A stretch of DNA of 64,000 nucleotides from Lentimicrobiaceae bacterium (GCA_031550085.1 JAVBOY010000022.1:62696-126695), one strand, 5' to 3'. Positions 10,301 through 20,402 are shown, counted from the first letter of the stretch. Notes: generated by a model from the sequence alone, not told the origin. Numbers and translations are program-made.

Positions 10301-11857
10301 AGCCAAACTGTTGAAAACAGAACTACTTTGCCAGGTAAGGCCGTTATCTATGGAATACTGATATGGCGGTGTTCCTCCGGTTTCGCTGTTTACGGTAATG
10401 GAACCGTTGCTGTTTCCGCAGGAAGCATTGGTCGATGATGTAGCGAAAGTAACAGGCGCCGGATTGGAAAGGGGAACATTCACCGTAATGCTACAACCCG
10501 CTTGGTCGGAAATCTGGCAACTGTAACTTCCGGAGGCAAGTCCTGTGGCGGTTTGCGTAGTCGATACATTGGGTGTCCAGGAATAGGAGTAGGGAGGGGT
10601 TCCGTTTTCCGGATTCAACGTGATGCTTCCGTCCGTTCCGTTGTGGCAGGTGACCGGCGTGCTTACAATGTTGGTACAAGCCAGGTCGCTGGTATGGGTT
10701 ACTTCAAATTCAGCAAAGGATGTTTCGTTATAGGCTCTCCCCCTTGCTTGGTCGTAATTGTTGCCGTTTTTATCGTCGGTTGCATAACGCCACGCATAGA
10801 CCCGGTAATAAACTTTTTCGTCGCATGCCAGGGAAAAAGTCTCCGAATGCGTGGTGATGGTGGAACTATTGATATGCGCCACAACAGTTGCTGTCCCGAT
10901 TAAATTTCCGGTATTGTAGGTTCTTCCGTCAACCGGAGGTGTAAACGAGTTGATCGTATTGCGAAGCACAAGATAGCCTTGCGTTAAGTCACTGGGGTTG
11001 GGATCGACGGCGGCATTCCAATTCAGGGTAATTCCGTTGGGTGCTGTAAATGTGTAATTGGGGGAGGGGGATGTCGGCGCATTCCAAACCGGTTCTCGCA
11101 AACTTCGCCAAAACACGGAATTTGCTGTGGAACTGCTTGTGCATTGATTGGGCAAACCGGAAACCTTTGCTGTCGAAATGGCCGTGCGGGTTGTTCCCGA
11201 ATAGGAGGGGGCAATGCCGTTATAGTCGGCTAATGTGGCGCCAGGGCAAACCATAACCGCATCTGCCGCAGCGGTGGAAAGCCCGGATATTTCATGGTTT
11301 AACTTGGGTAACGGAAGATTGATAAAACAAGTATCGGGTGTCAACTTATGCCCCAATGCATGTATGTGGGCTCCTGAGGCATTCCGGAGTTGGATGATAT
11401 CTGCGCTGTTTGCAAGATTTAAGGTCGATCCGCTGAATGAAGGCGAAGACCCGAATAGTCCACCGGTGAAATAGGTGGGATCATTTGCCCAAACTTCAAT
11501 GTATCCGTCGTTTTTATTCACATCTTGCGGATGGGCGGTTGTTCCGTCGGTCGAGATTTTGCGGTGCCAAATCACAATGATGGTTCCGGCCCGCATGTTG
11601 TTCCAGAAAGAAGAATTACTGAATTTTATCGGTGTCTGCCAACTTCTTTGGCTGGCGTTGTTATCCCGTAATGTCCAGCCCTCCATATTTACGTTGTCGG
11701 AAACAACCAATAACTCGGTGTATTCTCCGCGAGGATCTCCCAAAGGATTCGAATCGTTTTGATAGCTGCTCACAACAACCAATTGCGCCTGTACTAGATG
11801 ACAAGCACAAAAGAAAAAGAGGAATAGAATATTTATTTTTAAATACTTATAGCCCAT
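7364..11857 (-). CDS. Large T9SS type B (CHU_C) surface protein with SprB-like repeats
   Basis: Signal peptide, many C...DGSIT...GGTPPYQYS...GL.AG.Y...D..GC units, and C-terminal IPNAFTPNGDGMND...YNKWG...WDG...GVY. Confidence 0.9.
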   Translation of the reverse strand: MGYKYLKINILFLFFFCACHLVQAQLVVVSSYQNDSNPLGDPRGEYTELLVVSDNVNMEGWTLRDNNASQRSWQTPIKFSNSSFWNNMRAGTIIVIWHRKISTDGTTAHPQDVNKNDGYIEVWANDPTYFTGGLFGSSPSFSGSTLNLANSADIIQLRNASGAHIHALGHKLTPDTCFINLPLPKLNHEISGLSTAAADAVMVCPGATLADYNGIAPSYSGTTRTAISTAKVSGLPNQCTSSSTANSVFWRSLREPVWNAPTSPSPNYTFTAPNGITLNWNAAVDPNPSDLTQGYLVLRNTINSFTPPVDGRTYNTGNLIGTATVVAHINSSTITTHSETFSLACDEKVYYRVYAWRYATDDKNGNNYDQARGRAYNETSFAEFEVTHTSDLACTNIVSTPVTCHNGTDGSITLNPENGTPPYSYSWTPNVSTTQTATGLASGSYSCQISDQAGCSITVNVPLSNPAPVTFATSSTNASCGNSNGSITVNSETGGTPPYQYSIDNGLTWQSSSVFNSLAAGSYPVKIKDANQCEATAQNIPISNTGSTLSATFTTTPISCHNGADGSITLSPSNGTLPYSYAWTPNVSSTQTATGLSAGNYSCQISDATGCSITENVAISNPQQITFSHTSTQTFCLNDNGTITISNEAGGTPPYQYSIDNGVTWQSSPVFLNLIVGNYPVKVKDANSCETTAVNISITNTTSGFSASFTVQHLTCFNGSDGEIVINTSNGTLPYSYQWTPNVSSSQIATGLVVGVYHCEVSDATGCTIIFDIDVTGPPELGFLQSATDASCGNNDGSITISNESGGVPPYQYSNNNGTFWQPNNVFSYLAAGTYLVKMKDANGCETPAQSVVVANDASTLASSHTVKNVSCYNDSDGEITVTASDGIPPYTYQWTPNVSSSQAATGLAAGNYSCQISDATGCSVTENIAITEPPVLDASTTTTPSDIGLNNGSITVTATGGTPGYQYSIDGTNWQTSNLFANLAGGSYILEVRDANSCQFTIVATVGSTSSTFTVDVLVDTVSCFGGNNGRLTLQASGGSGDFSYQWHTSPPQFNNVLSNLVSGTYSFTVTDNISLETYTNSVYLPQASRIIVISLLTIPATCAASDGEITIAPVYGTAPFEYSIDGGLTWSSSGVFTGLPANSYMAKIKDAIGCIDSTSMALPNTTSLTASIQPSNVKNISCYGKNDGSALTQARSGSAPYIFSWNTSPAQTDSLASNLPKGDFICTVTDQDGCIAICTVSITEPDSLAVDSTRIVPSLCKDGGSFAIFVQGGVSPYDYSYDGGITWETNIKTGLAPKSHAVIVKDAKGCFLNNGNLSFDIPEIRPNVLLNMAEDTLCFAEGLVLEADPSSDPYVWQNGSNSPTCPVPDIGWYWIKASLSATCASFDSVLVVLCSLSNSKLLIPNAFTPNGDGMNDVFSIICTGMDNDFENNFQMQIYNKWGEVIFDTKSPADGWDGKSKGEKCPSGVYTYLIKYLDKSAGNKLKTVRGSVLLLE

Positions 11858-11955
11858 ACAAGAGCATGTAAGGTTCTGTAAAAAATCAAAAAATCAGGGA
11901 ACAATGTTACATCTTTTTTGCGGAAGTCTGACCGGTTTTTGATATAAATTCCGAT

Positions 11956-11984
11956 AAAAAAAGCTGTCAAATTTGACAGCTTTT
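11956..11984 (-). terminator. Terminator after aspA
   Basis: aaaagctgtcaa/ttgacagctttt palindrome with A/T tails. Confidence 0.75.
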
Positions 11985-11992
11985 CTTGATTC

Positions 11993-13396
11993 TTACAAAA
12001 TAAATTCCGGTTTGATCAGGTTCTCAAACGTATAAATCTGCTCCCATTTTTCTTTGGAAACCAACTTCCGCTCGTTGACGACAATTTCGTAGATGGATTT
12101 CCCCGTAGCCATTGCATCTTTCACCACTTCCGAAGTGGCTTCGTAGCCTAAAATCGGGTTCAGCTGCGTGACAATTCCGATGCTGTTCATCACCATATTG
12201 CGGGTATGTTCGGCATTGGCCGTGATTCCAACCACGCATTTTTCACGAAGCGTGTTGCAAGCATTGGTCATATACCGGATGGAAGTGAACAATGCAAACG
12301 AAATAACGGGTTCCATGACGTTCAATTGCAATTGGCCGGCTTCGGCAGCCATGGTCACGGTCATGTCGGCGCCGATTACGTAGAAAGCGGTTTGGTTGAC
12401 CACTTCGGGAATTACCGGATTTACCTTTCCGGGCATAATGCTGGATCCGGGTTGGCGTGGCGGCAAATTGATTTCGTTCAATCCGCAACGGGGGCCGGAA
12501 CTCAACAAACGCAAGTCATTACAAATTTTCGAAACTTTGGTGGCCGTGCGCTTCATCACGCCGGATAATTGCACGTAAGCGCCGGTATCATAAGTCGCTT
12601 CAATCAAATCGGTAGCCAGTTTCAAATCCAGGCCCGAAATTTTTGCCAGATGCACCGTCACCAATTCCGGATAGCTGGTAGGCGCGTTCACACGGGTTCC
12701 AATGGCTGTAGCGCCCATGTTGATCTCCGAAATCAGCTTTTTGCTTTCTTTGATACGGGCCAATTCTTCGCGAAGCGTGGTTGCATAAGCGTTAAATTCG
12801 TCTCCCATGCTCATGGGAACCGCATCTTGCAATTGGGTGCGCCCCATTTTTAATACATTTTTAAATTCTTTGCCTTTGGCTTCGAATGCATCGGCCAAAT
12901 TGCTGATGGAGAGCGAATAGTTGCTCAGTTTGTAAATCAAGGCAATGCGGAATGCGGTCGGATAAGCATCATTGGTCGATTGCGAACAGTTTACGTGGTT
13001 GTTGGGATGGCAAAATTCATATTCTCCCTTTTTCTTTCCCATTTTTTCCAAAGCCACGTTGGCGATTACCTCGTTGGCATTCATGTTTACGGAAGTTCCC
13101 GCTCCGCCTTGGATCAGGTCGCTTAAAAACTGGTCGTTGTACTTCCCGGTGGCTACTTCGTCGCAGGCTTCTGCAATGTACTTGGCAATGTTTTTGTCAA
13201 GTACGCCCAATTCGGCATTGGCAATGGCCGCAGCTTTTTTTACATAAGCCAATGCTTTTACAAACAGGGGTTCTGATTTAATCGGAATGCCTGTAATATT
13301 AAAGTTATCCAATGCCCGTAACGTTTGAATGCCATAATAAGCATTCTCCGGTATTTCTAATTCGCCTAAAAAATCGTGTTCAATGCGATGTTTCAT
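11993..13396 (-). CDS. aspA: Aspartate ammonia-lyase
   Basis: QGGAGTS.NMN.NE, KMGRTQLQDA and GSSIMPGKVNP motifs. Confidence 0.93.
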   Translation of the reverse strand: MKHRIEHDFLGELEIPENAYYGIQTLRALDNFNITGIPIKSEPLFVKALAYVKKAAAIANAELGVLDKNIAKYIAEACDEVATGKYNDQFLSDLIQGGAGTSVNMNANEVIANVALEKMGKKKGEYEFCHPNNHVNCSQSTNDAYPTAFRIALIYKLSNYSLSISNLADAFEAKGKEFKNVLKMGRTQLQDAVPMSMGDEFNAYATTLREELARIKESKKLISEINMGATAIGTRVNAPTSYPELVTVHLAKISGLDLKLATDLIEATYDTGAYVQLSGVMKRTATKVSKICNDLRLLSSGPRCGLNEINLPPRQPGSSIMPGKVNPVIPEVVNQTAFYVIGADMTVTMAAEAGQLQLNVMEPVISFALFTSIRYMTNACNTLREKCVVGITANAEHTRNMVMNSIGIVTQLNPILGYEATSEVVKDAMATGKSIYEIVVNERKLVSKEKWEQIYTFENLIKPEFIL

Positions 13397-13486
13397 GTTT
13401 CTTATTGTATTTTATAAATGTGTTGGTCGAAAAAAATAATATGGATCAATATGATGATCGTTTTTACGTAAAAACAAGTTGGGTCG

Positions 13487-13933
13487 TTATTTGGTGGCAA
13501 ATTTTGCCAGAATGGTTTTCCCTTTAAGCAGTACAAGCGCTTTTTTTTGAAAAGCCGCCCGGTCAGCTTCTTTGAGTGCATTTAAAAATGCCGTTTCAAC
13601 AGTTGCTTCATGGCTGCATGCTTCTTGGGTTGTGTTGATACCCAAAAAGCGGGATTGCCCGGTTTTGAGGTTTTGTTCGACATATCCTTTGGCCGTATTA
13701 CAACCTAAAAAAGCTTCGAAATCCCCTCTTTTTCCAAAAATCAATTTGGGTTCAACTCCTTTGGTTGAGACGAGGGTCGAGATTTTTTTACCGTTAATTT
13801 CTTTGACAAACCATTCTTTGTTGACCACTTCTTTAGGGTCAACTGTTTCGAGTTTTGCCGTTTTACATGAAATCAAAATAAGTGTGGTAAAAATAACTGC
13901 TAGAATACCTACCTTTAAAATACTGTTTTTCAT
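13487..13933 (-). CDS. META/HslJ-domain lipoprotein
   Basis: Lipobox LISC, GCN and TQEAC...E..FL..L pattern. -7 box at 13969-13976. Confidence 0.75.
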   Translation of the reverse strand: MKNSILKVGILAVIFTTLILISCKTAKLETVDPKEVVNKEWFVKEINGKKISTLVSTKGVEPKLIFGKRGDFEAFLGCNTAKGYVEQNLKTGQSRFLGINTTQEACSHEATVETAFLNALKEADRAAFQKKALVLLKGKTILAKFATK

Positions 13934-14181
13934 TCGAAATAAATTTATATACAAGGATAAAAACGGTGCAAAGCTAACAATATTTTACCGAAGAAACTGA
14001 AAAATAAAAAAGCATGCAAGAGTCTAGTTTATAGCATTTTGCGAAATGTTTTTTGATGGGTTGTTTTTGCAAGCCAAACTTGATTCTAAGAAAACGGCGA
14101 CGAAAGCCACCCTTACTCTTTCAGGGGAAGGAAACTTCGCGTTGCCGGACAAAAGGTATAAAATACATTCTTTACCATACA

Positions 14182-14208
14182 AAAAAAGCCGCCCCAAAGC
14201 AGCTTTTT
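14182..14208 (-). terminator. Terminator downstream of the peptidase and mosaic element A
   Basis: aaaaagc.gc...gc.gcttttt hairpin. Confidence 0.55.
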
Positions 14209-14209
14209 C

Positions 14210-14636
14210 TGTTGTTGAATGTTTAGAGTGAAATGTAAACAGTGAGGGGTGGGTTATTTGTTGAACTGTTGAATCGTTGAGTTGTTGAACTGTTTATTTG
14301 TAAGGTAACAAGTTTAGGGTTTACAGTTGACATTTGGTTGCCAAAAGGTTAAATAGGAGCTGTCCGATTTTAATTGAATAAGATAAATTAATCTAATGTT
14401 ATTCTATTTTAATCGCATAGGGGTACTTAAGTGAAACGTGAACAGTGAAGGGTGAGCTGACCTGTTTAATTGTTTATTGGGTGCAGGGTAAAAGGTGAAT
14501 GGAACAAGGTTTGTTATTCGTTTTTTGTTGTTCGCTTACTCGTCACCAAACCTCACTTTCAATTTTCCATTTTCAATTGAAAACTCGTTTACCAGTCTAC
14601 TCGTCAACGCGTTTACTAAACATTTTTAACTTTCAA
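14210..14636 (-). repeat. Intergenic mosaic repeat element, copy A
   Basis: 8-mer (ttgaactg/ttgagttg) and 7-mer (gtgaaNN, tttcaat) arrays, plus blocks shared with copies B and D. Confidence 0.9.
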
Positions 14637-15875
14637 CTATTTAAACTTCGGCAGATAATCCTTCATCATGTCTTTGTGTACCGCAAAATCCATCATTTTC
14701 AGTTTTACATAGTCTTCGTGGAAAAAGTAATACCCAAAGTTTTTATTTTTCTCTTTGCCACCCGTACGGCTTCCGGCTCCCGAATCTTTCACCAGAAACC
14801 AGGTTTTACCGTCCTTTTCCAGATAACCGACCAAATGCATTCCGTGGTCGTCGGTGGTGGTTTCGTTGCTGAAGCGGAATTGGCGTGCTTCGTCGTTAAT
14901 GTATTGCGAAGGAATATCATAGGAAGGAATCACGGCTGCATTGGCTTCGCGGGCTAAAAAGCCCGATTCCGATACATCGCCGCCGATGGAAAGGGTGTAG
15001 CCTTGTTTGATCGCCTTTTTCAGGATTTCCATATAGACATCCAACGGAACGTTGTAATAAGATTTATCGTGCCACCAGTTATCAGGAACTTCGTATTCAC
15101 ATTGTTTCCAGAAAGGCTGTTGCATATAACTCAATACATCGCAATAATCGTCCGGATTAAATTTGAGCACTTGTGTCATGTAATCTTTGGGCGAATACGT
15201 TTTTCCATTTACGGTAACCGTAGTGGGCGGCTCGCCGATATAATAATTGAGCAAGCTCTTTACATTGGCTATCATGGTTTTTTCATCCCAGATGTTGTTT
15301 TTTTTGCAAAAATCCAGGTAGGCCTTAAATTCATTGAATAGTTTTTCGTGGGTGTAAACTTTTTGTCCCGGAAGCAAGCCGGAATAAGCATCGTAGGGCA
15401 GGCAGCCATATTTTTTCATTTCGCGGGTAACGGCATTCCCTTCCGAACCTTCGCCGATGTTGATGTTTCCGCGTGTACGGATCCATTCCATCGTGCGCTC
15501 CAGGTATTCGTTGTAAACCGTAAACATTTCCGACAATTTTACTTTCTGTCCGGTAAGGCGGAAAATTTCACTTTCAACAAATGAGGTGGAAGCAAAGCAC
15601 CAGCAGGTATTGGTATTCCCCTGCGAAATGGGGTCGTTGTGCCAGAATTGGGTGAAATCCGCTTTATCCGCGGGAATGTTGTAGTTCGCCGGATCCGCTT
15701 TGAAGGCTTTGGTTGCTTTGGGCGTTTCTTTTTGCGATTGGAATTCTTCAATCCCTTTTAAAATGGTGTTTTGATAGTAGCCCGGTTCATAGGTTTTAAA
15801 AACAGCTTTGTCTTGTGCCTGAACAAATGGAAAGACGAAAAATGCGGATAAGGATGCAATGAAATATCGTTTCAT
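14637..15875 (-). CDS. C1-family (aminopeptidase C-like) exported cysteine peptidase
   Basis: QGNTNTCWCF (catalytic Cys) and DDHGMH (His) motifs, signal peptide. Confidence 0.88.
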   Translation of the reverse strand: MKRYFIASLSAFFVFPFVQAQDKAVFKTYEPGYYQNTILKGIEEFQSQKETPKATKAFKADPANYNIPADKADFTQFWHNDPISQGNTNTCWCFASTSFVESEIFRLTGQKVKLSEMFTVYNEYLERTMEWIRTRGNINIGEGSEGNAVTREMKKYGCLPYDAYSGLLPGQKVYTHEKLFNEFKAYLDFCKKNNIWDEKTMIANVKSLLNYYIGEPPTTVTVNGKTYSPKDYMTQVLKFNPDDYCDVLSYMQQPFWKQCEYEVPDNWWHDKSYYNVPLDVYMEILKKAIKQGYTLSIGGDVSESGFLAREANAAVIPSYDIPSQYINDEARQFRFSNETTTDDHGMHLVGYLEKDGKTWFLVKDSGAGSRTGGKEKNKNFGYYFFHEDYVKLKMMDFAVHKDMMKDYLPKFK

Positions 15876-15925
15876 AAAAATAAAGTTTTAAGCGCCAAAT
15901 GTAGAAATGTTTTCCTGTTCCGAAC

Positions 15926-15955
15926 AAAAAAAGCGGTGAAAATTTTCACCGCTTT
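15926..15955 (-). terminator. Terminator after pckA
   Basis: aaagcggtgaa/ttcaccgcttt stem plus U tract on the minus strand. Confidence 0.8.
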
Positions 15956-15976
15956 CACAACTCAAATTTTTGCCGT

Positions 15977-17599
15977 TTACACCTGAGGGCCTGCAGCGAC
16001 CAGGCGTTTCCCTTCGTCGTTGTCAGTATATTTTTCGAAATTGGCAATAAATTGTTGCGCCAAATCTTTGGCTTTGGCATCCCATTCGCTGCCGTTGGCA
16101 TACGTATCGCGCGGGTCAAGGATTTCCGGATTTACGCCTTTCAATTCGGTCGGAACTTCCAAGTTAAAGAAAGCGATTTTTTTACTGGGCGCCTGGTCGA
16201 TGGATCCGTTCAAAATGTTGTCGATAATAGCGCGGGTGTCTTTGATGGAAATGCGTTTTCCCGTTCCGTTCCAACCGGTATTTACCAAATACGCTTTGGC
16301 ACCGGCCGCTTCCATCCGTTTTACCAATTCGATAGCATACTTTGTGGGATGCAGCGACAAAAAAGCATTGCCGAAACAAGCCGAAAATGTGGGTTGGGGT
16401 GAAGTAATTCCGCGTTCCGTTCCGGCCAGTTTGGCCGTAAATCCCGACAGGAAATGATATTTCGTTTGATCAGCCGTCAATTTTGAAACCGGAGGCAAAA
16501 CGCCGAACGCATCTGCCGTCAGGAAGATGACTTTGGTGGCATGCCCGCCTTTGGAAACCGGTTTTACAATATTATGGATATGGTAAATCGGGTAAGAAAC
16601 CCGGGTATTCTCGGTTTTCGAACCATCGTTGAAATCGGGAGTTCCGTCGGGGAGAATCACCACGTTTTCTAACAGCGCATCGCGGCGGATAGCGTTGTAA
16701 ATGTCGGGTTCGTTTTCTTTGCTCAGGTTGATGGTTTTGGCATAACAACCGCCTTCGAAGTTGAAAACGCCGTCATCGTCCCATCCGTGTTCGTCGTCGC
16801 CGATTAGCAAGCGGTTCGGATCGGCCGACAGCGTGGTTTTTCCGGTTCCGGACAACCCGAAGAAGATGGCGACATCGCCTTCTTTTCCCATGTTGGCCGA
16901 GCAGTGCATGGAAGCGATCCCTTTCAACGGCAGGAAGTAGTTCATCATGGAAAACATCCCTTTTTTCATTTCGCCGCCGTACCAGGTGCCGCCGATCAGT
17001 TGAATGCGCTCGGACAGGTTGAAAGCCACAAAATTTTCGGAATGCAACCCTTGCTCTTTCCAGTTGGGATTGGTTGTTTTGGAACCGTTCATCACGATGA
17101 AATCGGGTTTAAAACCAACCAATTCCTCATCCGAAGGACGGATAAACATGTTTTTTACAAAATGGGCCTGCCAGGCAACTTCCATAATGAAGCGGACACT
17201 TAAACGGGTATCGGGATTGGCGCCGCAATAAGCGTCGACCACATACAGTTTTTTATCCGAAAGTTGTCGGGTTACCAATTCCTTTAATGATTTCCATACT
17301 TCGGGAGAGATGGGTTTGTTATCATTTTTTCCGATGGTCGACCACCAAACGGTGTTCTCGCTCACAGAATCTTTTACAATGTATTTGTCTTTGGGAGAAC
17401 GTCCGGTAAAAACGCCGGTATCCACGCTTACGGCGCCCAATGTCGACACGACTCCTTTCTCATACCCTTGCAGTCCGGGATTGGTTTCATGTTCAAAAAG
17501 GTCTTCGTAAGAAGGATTGTAGTAAATACCGGTTACCCCCTGGATGTTATATTGTTCTAAATCAATAATGCAGTTTTTTCGATTAATTGCTTGAGCCAT
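15977..17599 (-). CDS. pckA: Phosphoenolpyruvate carboxykinase (ATP)
   Basis: [25 protein letters not shown] and [10 protein letters not shown] motifs. Confidence 0.97.
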   Translation of the reverse strand: MAQAINRKNCIIDLEQYNIQGVTGIYYNPSYEDLFEHETNPGLQGYEKGVVSTLGAVSVDTGVFTGRSPKDKYIVKDSVSENTVWWSTIGKNDNKPISPEVWKSLKELVTRQLSDKKLYVVDAYCGANPDTRLSVRFIMEVAWQAHFVKNMFIRPSDEELVGFKPDFIVMNGSKTTNPNWKEQGLHSENFVAFNLSERIQLIGGTWYGGEMKKGMFSMMNYFLPLKGIASMHCSANMGKEGDVAIFFGLSGTGKTTLSADPNRLLIGDDEHGWDDDGVFNFEGGCYAKTINLSKENEPDIYNAIRRDALLENVVILPDGTPDFNDGSKTENTRVSYPIYHIHNIVKPVSKGGHATKVIFLTADAFGVLPPVSKLTADQTKYHFLSGFTAKLAGTERGITSPQPTFSACFGNAFLSLHPTKYAIELVKRMEAAGAKAYLVNTGWNGTGKRISIKDTRAIIDNILNGSIDQAPSKKIAFFNLEVPTELKGVNPEILDPRDTYANGSEWDAKAKDLAQQFIANFEKYTDNDEGKRLVAAGPQV

Positions 17600-17766
17600 A
17601 GATAAGTATAGTTTTATGTGTTTAACGTTTCAAAGATAAAAAAACTTCGGTTACGAAAAATACCCGGCTTCATTTTCAAGAAAAAAAACATATTCGCCGA
17701 TGGTGAATGCAAGCCAGAAGTAAGTAGATCTGCAAAATAAAAATTTCAGGACGGAATCGAATTCGA

Positions 17767-18552
17767 TTAATTGTACCGTTTCCCGAAATTAAAGCTGACA
17801 TAAGCTGTTAAGAAATAATGGTAGGCCGGATTAAAAGCCATGATGGGAATGGCTTTCGGATATCCGTCGAGGGCTGCTCCGACTTCCAGTACTTTTACTT
17901 TTTTGGTATAGCGGCCGAATTCAACGTTGAAACCAAATTTTGTGTACAGGCCGGGGTAGAATTTTATTTCATCGATACCAGCTAAAAAAGGACCGTGGCT
18001 GTATATCTGCAAACCGTTTACATAACTTGGAAAATGTTTTTCGGGATCATATCTTTCAGTTTCGAGGGTATATGCGTATCCGTTGGGATCGATATAATTT
18101 GCAATCAGCAAATAATAGGGTTTCGTTATGCCGAGAGAAAGGCCCCCGTACCAGAAAGCCCGCACTTCGAGGCCGCCCCAGTACGGTTTTTGGGCGAGCA
18201 GTTTTTGTGCCCCATAACCGCCCCGGAGAATAAACAAATAATTCTCTTTTCCATAGATATACCGCCGGTTGTTATAGTCCAGCTCACTATTCCTTCTGAT
18301 TTCTTTGCTCGATTTCATTTGAAGAAAATCGATTTCAAACATCCGCTTTTGGAAATACGTTTTGTTCTTTCCGATCCGGTATCCGATGCCAAACCCGTTT
18401 GTATGGGCCGATATGGAAAAAGTCATCTCTTTGCGGAACAAAATGTCATTTTCAGCCGTGTCGGTTACGGAAGAAACATCCTGTCCGTAAACAGCATTGC
18501 CGGAGAATCCGATAAAAGCAAACAATAAGAAGAAACTTAAAAAATACCTCAT
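17767..18552 (-). CDS. Conserved exported/outer-membrane hypothetical protein
   Basis: Signal peptide, aromatic-rich beta-strand pattern, ends FNFGKRYN. Confidence 0.7.
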   Translation of the reverse strand: MRYFLSFFLLFAFIGFSGNAVYGQDVSSVTDTAENDILFRKEMTFSISAHTNGFGIGYRIGKNKTYFQKRMFEIDFLQMKSSKEIRRNSELDYNNRRYIYGKENYLFILRGGYGAQKLLAQKPYWGGLEVRAFWYGGLSLGITKPYYLLIANYIDPNGYAYTLETERYDPEKHFPSYVNGLQIYSHGPFLAGIDEIKFYPGLYTKFGFNVEFGRYTKKVKVLEVGAALDGYPKAIPIMAFNPAYHYFLTAYVSFNFGKRYN

Positions 18553-18692
18553 GGAATGCGAATTTATTTTGCCTTCTTTTTACAAAATAAAGGAGCCTCA
18601 ACTAATGATTACACAAGAGCTTCGGTTAACCGATTTATCATACAATATAACCTGAAAGATCCGGGTTTGTTTGTAGGATTGCTGATCGGAGG

Positions 18693-18821
18693 TTAGTTTT
18701 TTTCGACACGGTATTTCTTGTATTCCCCGTAAGCGGCACATTGTTCGCTCGAACGGCAGGAGGAAAGCACAAGCGCTGAAACAACAAGGGCGAGTAAGAA
18801 TATGACTTTGATTTTTTTCAT
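18693..18821 (-). CDS. 42-aa small lipoprotein (not in the ORF track)
   Basis: Manual translation: MKKIKVIFLLALVVSALVLSSCRSSEQCAAYGEYKKYRVEKN*. Lipobox LSSC. Confidence 0.75.
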   Translation of the reverse strand: MKKIKVIFLLALVVSALVLSSCRSSEQCAAYGEYKKYRVEKN

Positions 18822-19025
18822 TTGATTATCAGGTTTTTATTTAAAAGTTTAGTTCAGGATGCAAATTCAAAAAAGAACAATGAAATTGCATAAGGCATTA
18901 ACTCACAAAAGTATCGGTTTATTGTTAATAAACAAGAGTTTTTTAGATGAGTTTTAAAAAGAATCGGATTTTGAAAATAAAGTATTGAGGCATAACGTTT
19001 TTTACGTTATGCCTCAAAGGATGTA

Positions 19026-20402
19026 TTATGCATGGGGAAGTTCCGTTTCAAAGAACTTGTAAAAATGGACAATGGTTTCAATCCCCCGGTAAAAACAGGC
19101 CAGATGATAATTCTCGTTCGGCGAATGCGGTGCGTCCGTATCCAATCCGAAGCCCATTAAAATGCTTTTAACGCCCAATACCTGTTCAAAAGTGGAAATA
19201 ATGGGAATGGATCCGCCGCTCCGGACCGGGATGGGCTTGATGCCGAATGTGGTTTCATAAGCTTTGCTTGCCGCACGGTAAGCCGCAATATTGGTCGGCG
19301 ATACATAGGGAAAACCTCCGTGATGGAAAGTTACCTTTACCGTGACTTGGGGTGGTGCCATACTTTCAAAATGACGTTTGAACAGTTCGCCGATTTTATC
19401 CGGGCTTTGATGCGGAACCAACCGCATGCTGATTTTTGCGAATGCTTTCGAGGGCAATACGGTTTTCGAACCTTCGCCAGTGTAGCCGCTCCAAATGCCG
19501 TTGACATCCAATGTAGGGCGGATACCGGTACATTCGGGAACGGTGTAGCCTTTTTCCACACGAACATCGGCAATGGCAAGTTTCTTTTTATATTCTTCCA
19601 GATTAAACGGAGCGCGGGCCATGTCGGCGCGCTCTTCGGCAGTTAATTCCAACACATCGTCATAAAACCCGGGAATGGTGATGCGGTTGTTTTCGTCATG
19701 GAGCGAACCGATCATTTGAGCCAGCACGTTAGCCGGATTGGCCACAGCGCCGCCGTAAATGCCCGAATGCAAATCGGCATTGGGGCCGGTAACTTCTACT
19801 TCCATGTACGAAAGTCCGCGTAATCCGACGGTGATGCTGGGTTTGTCCATGCCCAGCATGGTGGTATCGCTCACCAGAATGATGTCAGATTTCAGCATTT
19901 CCTTGTGCTGTTTGCACCAAATCTCCAAAGCCGGCGACCCCATTTCCTCTTCGCCTTCCAGCATAAATTTGACGTTAAAGTTGAGTTCGTTGTTTTTCAG
20001 CAACGCTTCAAAAGCTTTTACTTGCATGAAAAGCTGCCCTTTGTCGTCGGCGGAGCCGCGCGCATAAATCCGTTCATTTTTTATAACGGGTTCAAAAGGT
20101 TGGGTTTCCCATAAATCGAGCGGATCGACAGGCATTACGTCGTAGTGTCCGTATACCAACACAATGGGTTTGGCCGGATCGATGATTTTTTCGGCAAAAA
20201 CGACTGGATGTCCGGTGGTTTCACATACCTGGGCCTTGTCAACGCCGGCTTTCAGCAGTTGGTCGACCAAATATTCGGCGGCCTTTACCATATCGGTTTT
20301 GTGGTCGGGTTCGGAACTGATGCTGGGAATGCGGATCAAGCCGAACAATTCTTGCAAATAACGTTCCTTATTATCGGAGAGGTAAGCTTTAATTTTTTCC
20401 AT
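19026..20402 (-). CDS. M20-family dipeptidase
   Basis: YGHYDV, ARGSADDKGQ, EGEEE, DLHSG and HSPNE motifs. Hairpin at 18987-19016 lies downstream. Confidence 0.9.
   Translation of the reverse strand: MEKIKAYLSDNKERYLQELFGLIRIPSISSEPDHKTDMVKAAEYLVDQLLKAGVDKAQVCETTGHPVVFAEKIIDPAKPIVLVYGHYDVMPVDPLDLWETQPFEPVIKNERIYARGSADDKGQLFMQVKAFEALLKNNELNFNVKFMLEGEEEMGSPALEIWCKQHKEMLKSDIILVSDTTMLGMDKPSITVGLRGLSYMEVEVTGPNADLHSGIYGGAVANPANVLAQMIGSLHDENNRITIPGFYDDVLELTAEERADMARAPFNLEEYKKKLAIADVRVEKGYTVPECTGIRPTLDVNGIWSGYTGEGSKTVLPSKAFAKISMRLVPHQSPDKIGELFKRHFESMAPPQVTVKVTFHHGGFPYVSPTNIAAYRAASKAYETTFGIKPIPVRSGGSIPIISTFEQVLGVKSILMGFGLDTDAPHSPNENYHLACFYRGIETIVHFYKFFETELPHA

Noticed and set aside
14499-14957. 152-aa plus-strand ORF starting in element A
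   Set aside because: Antisense to the peptidase and made of translated repeat (FHFQL); spurious.
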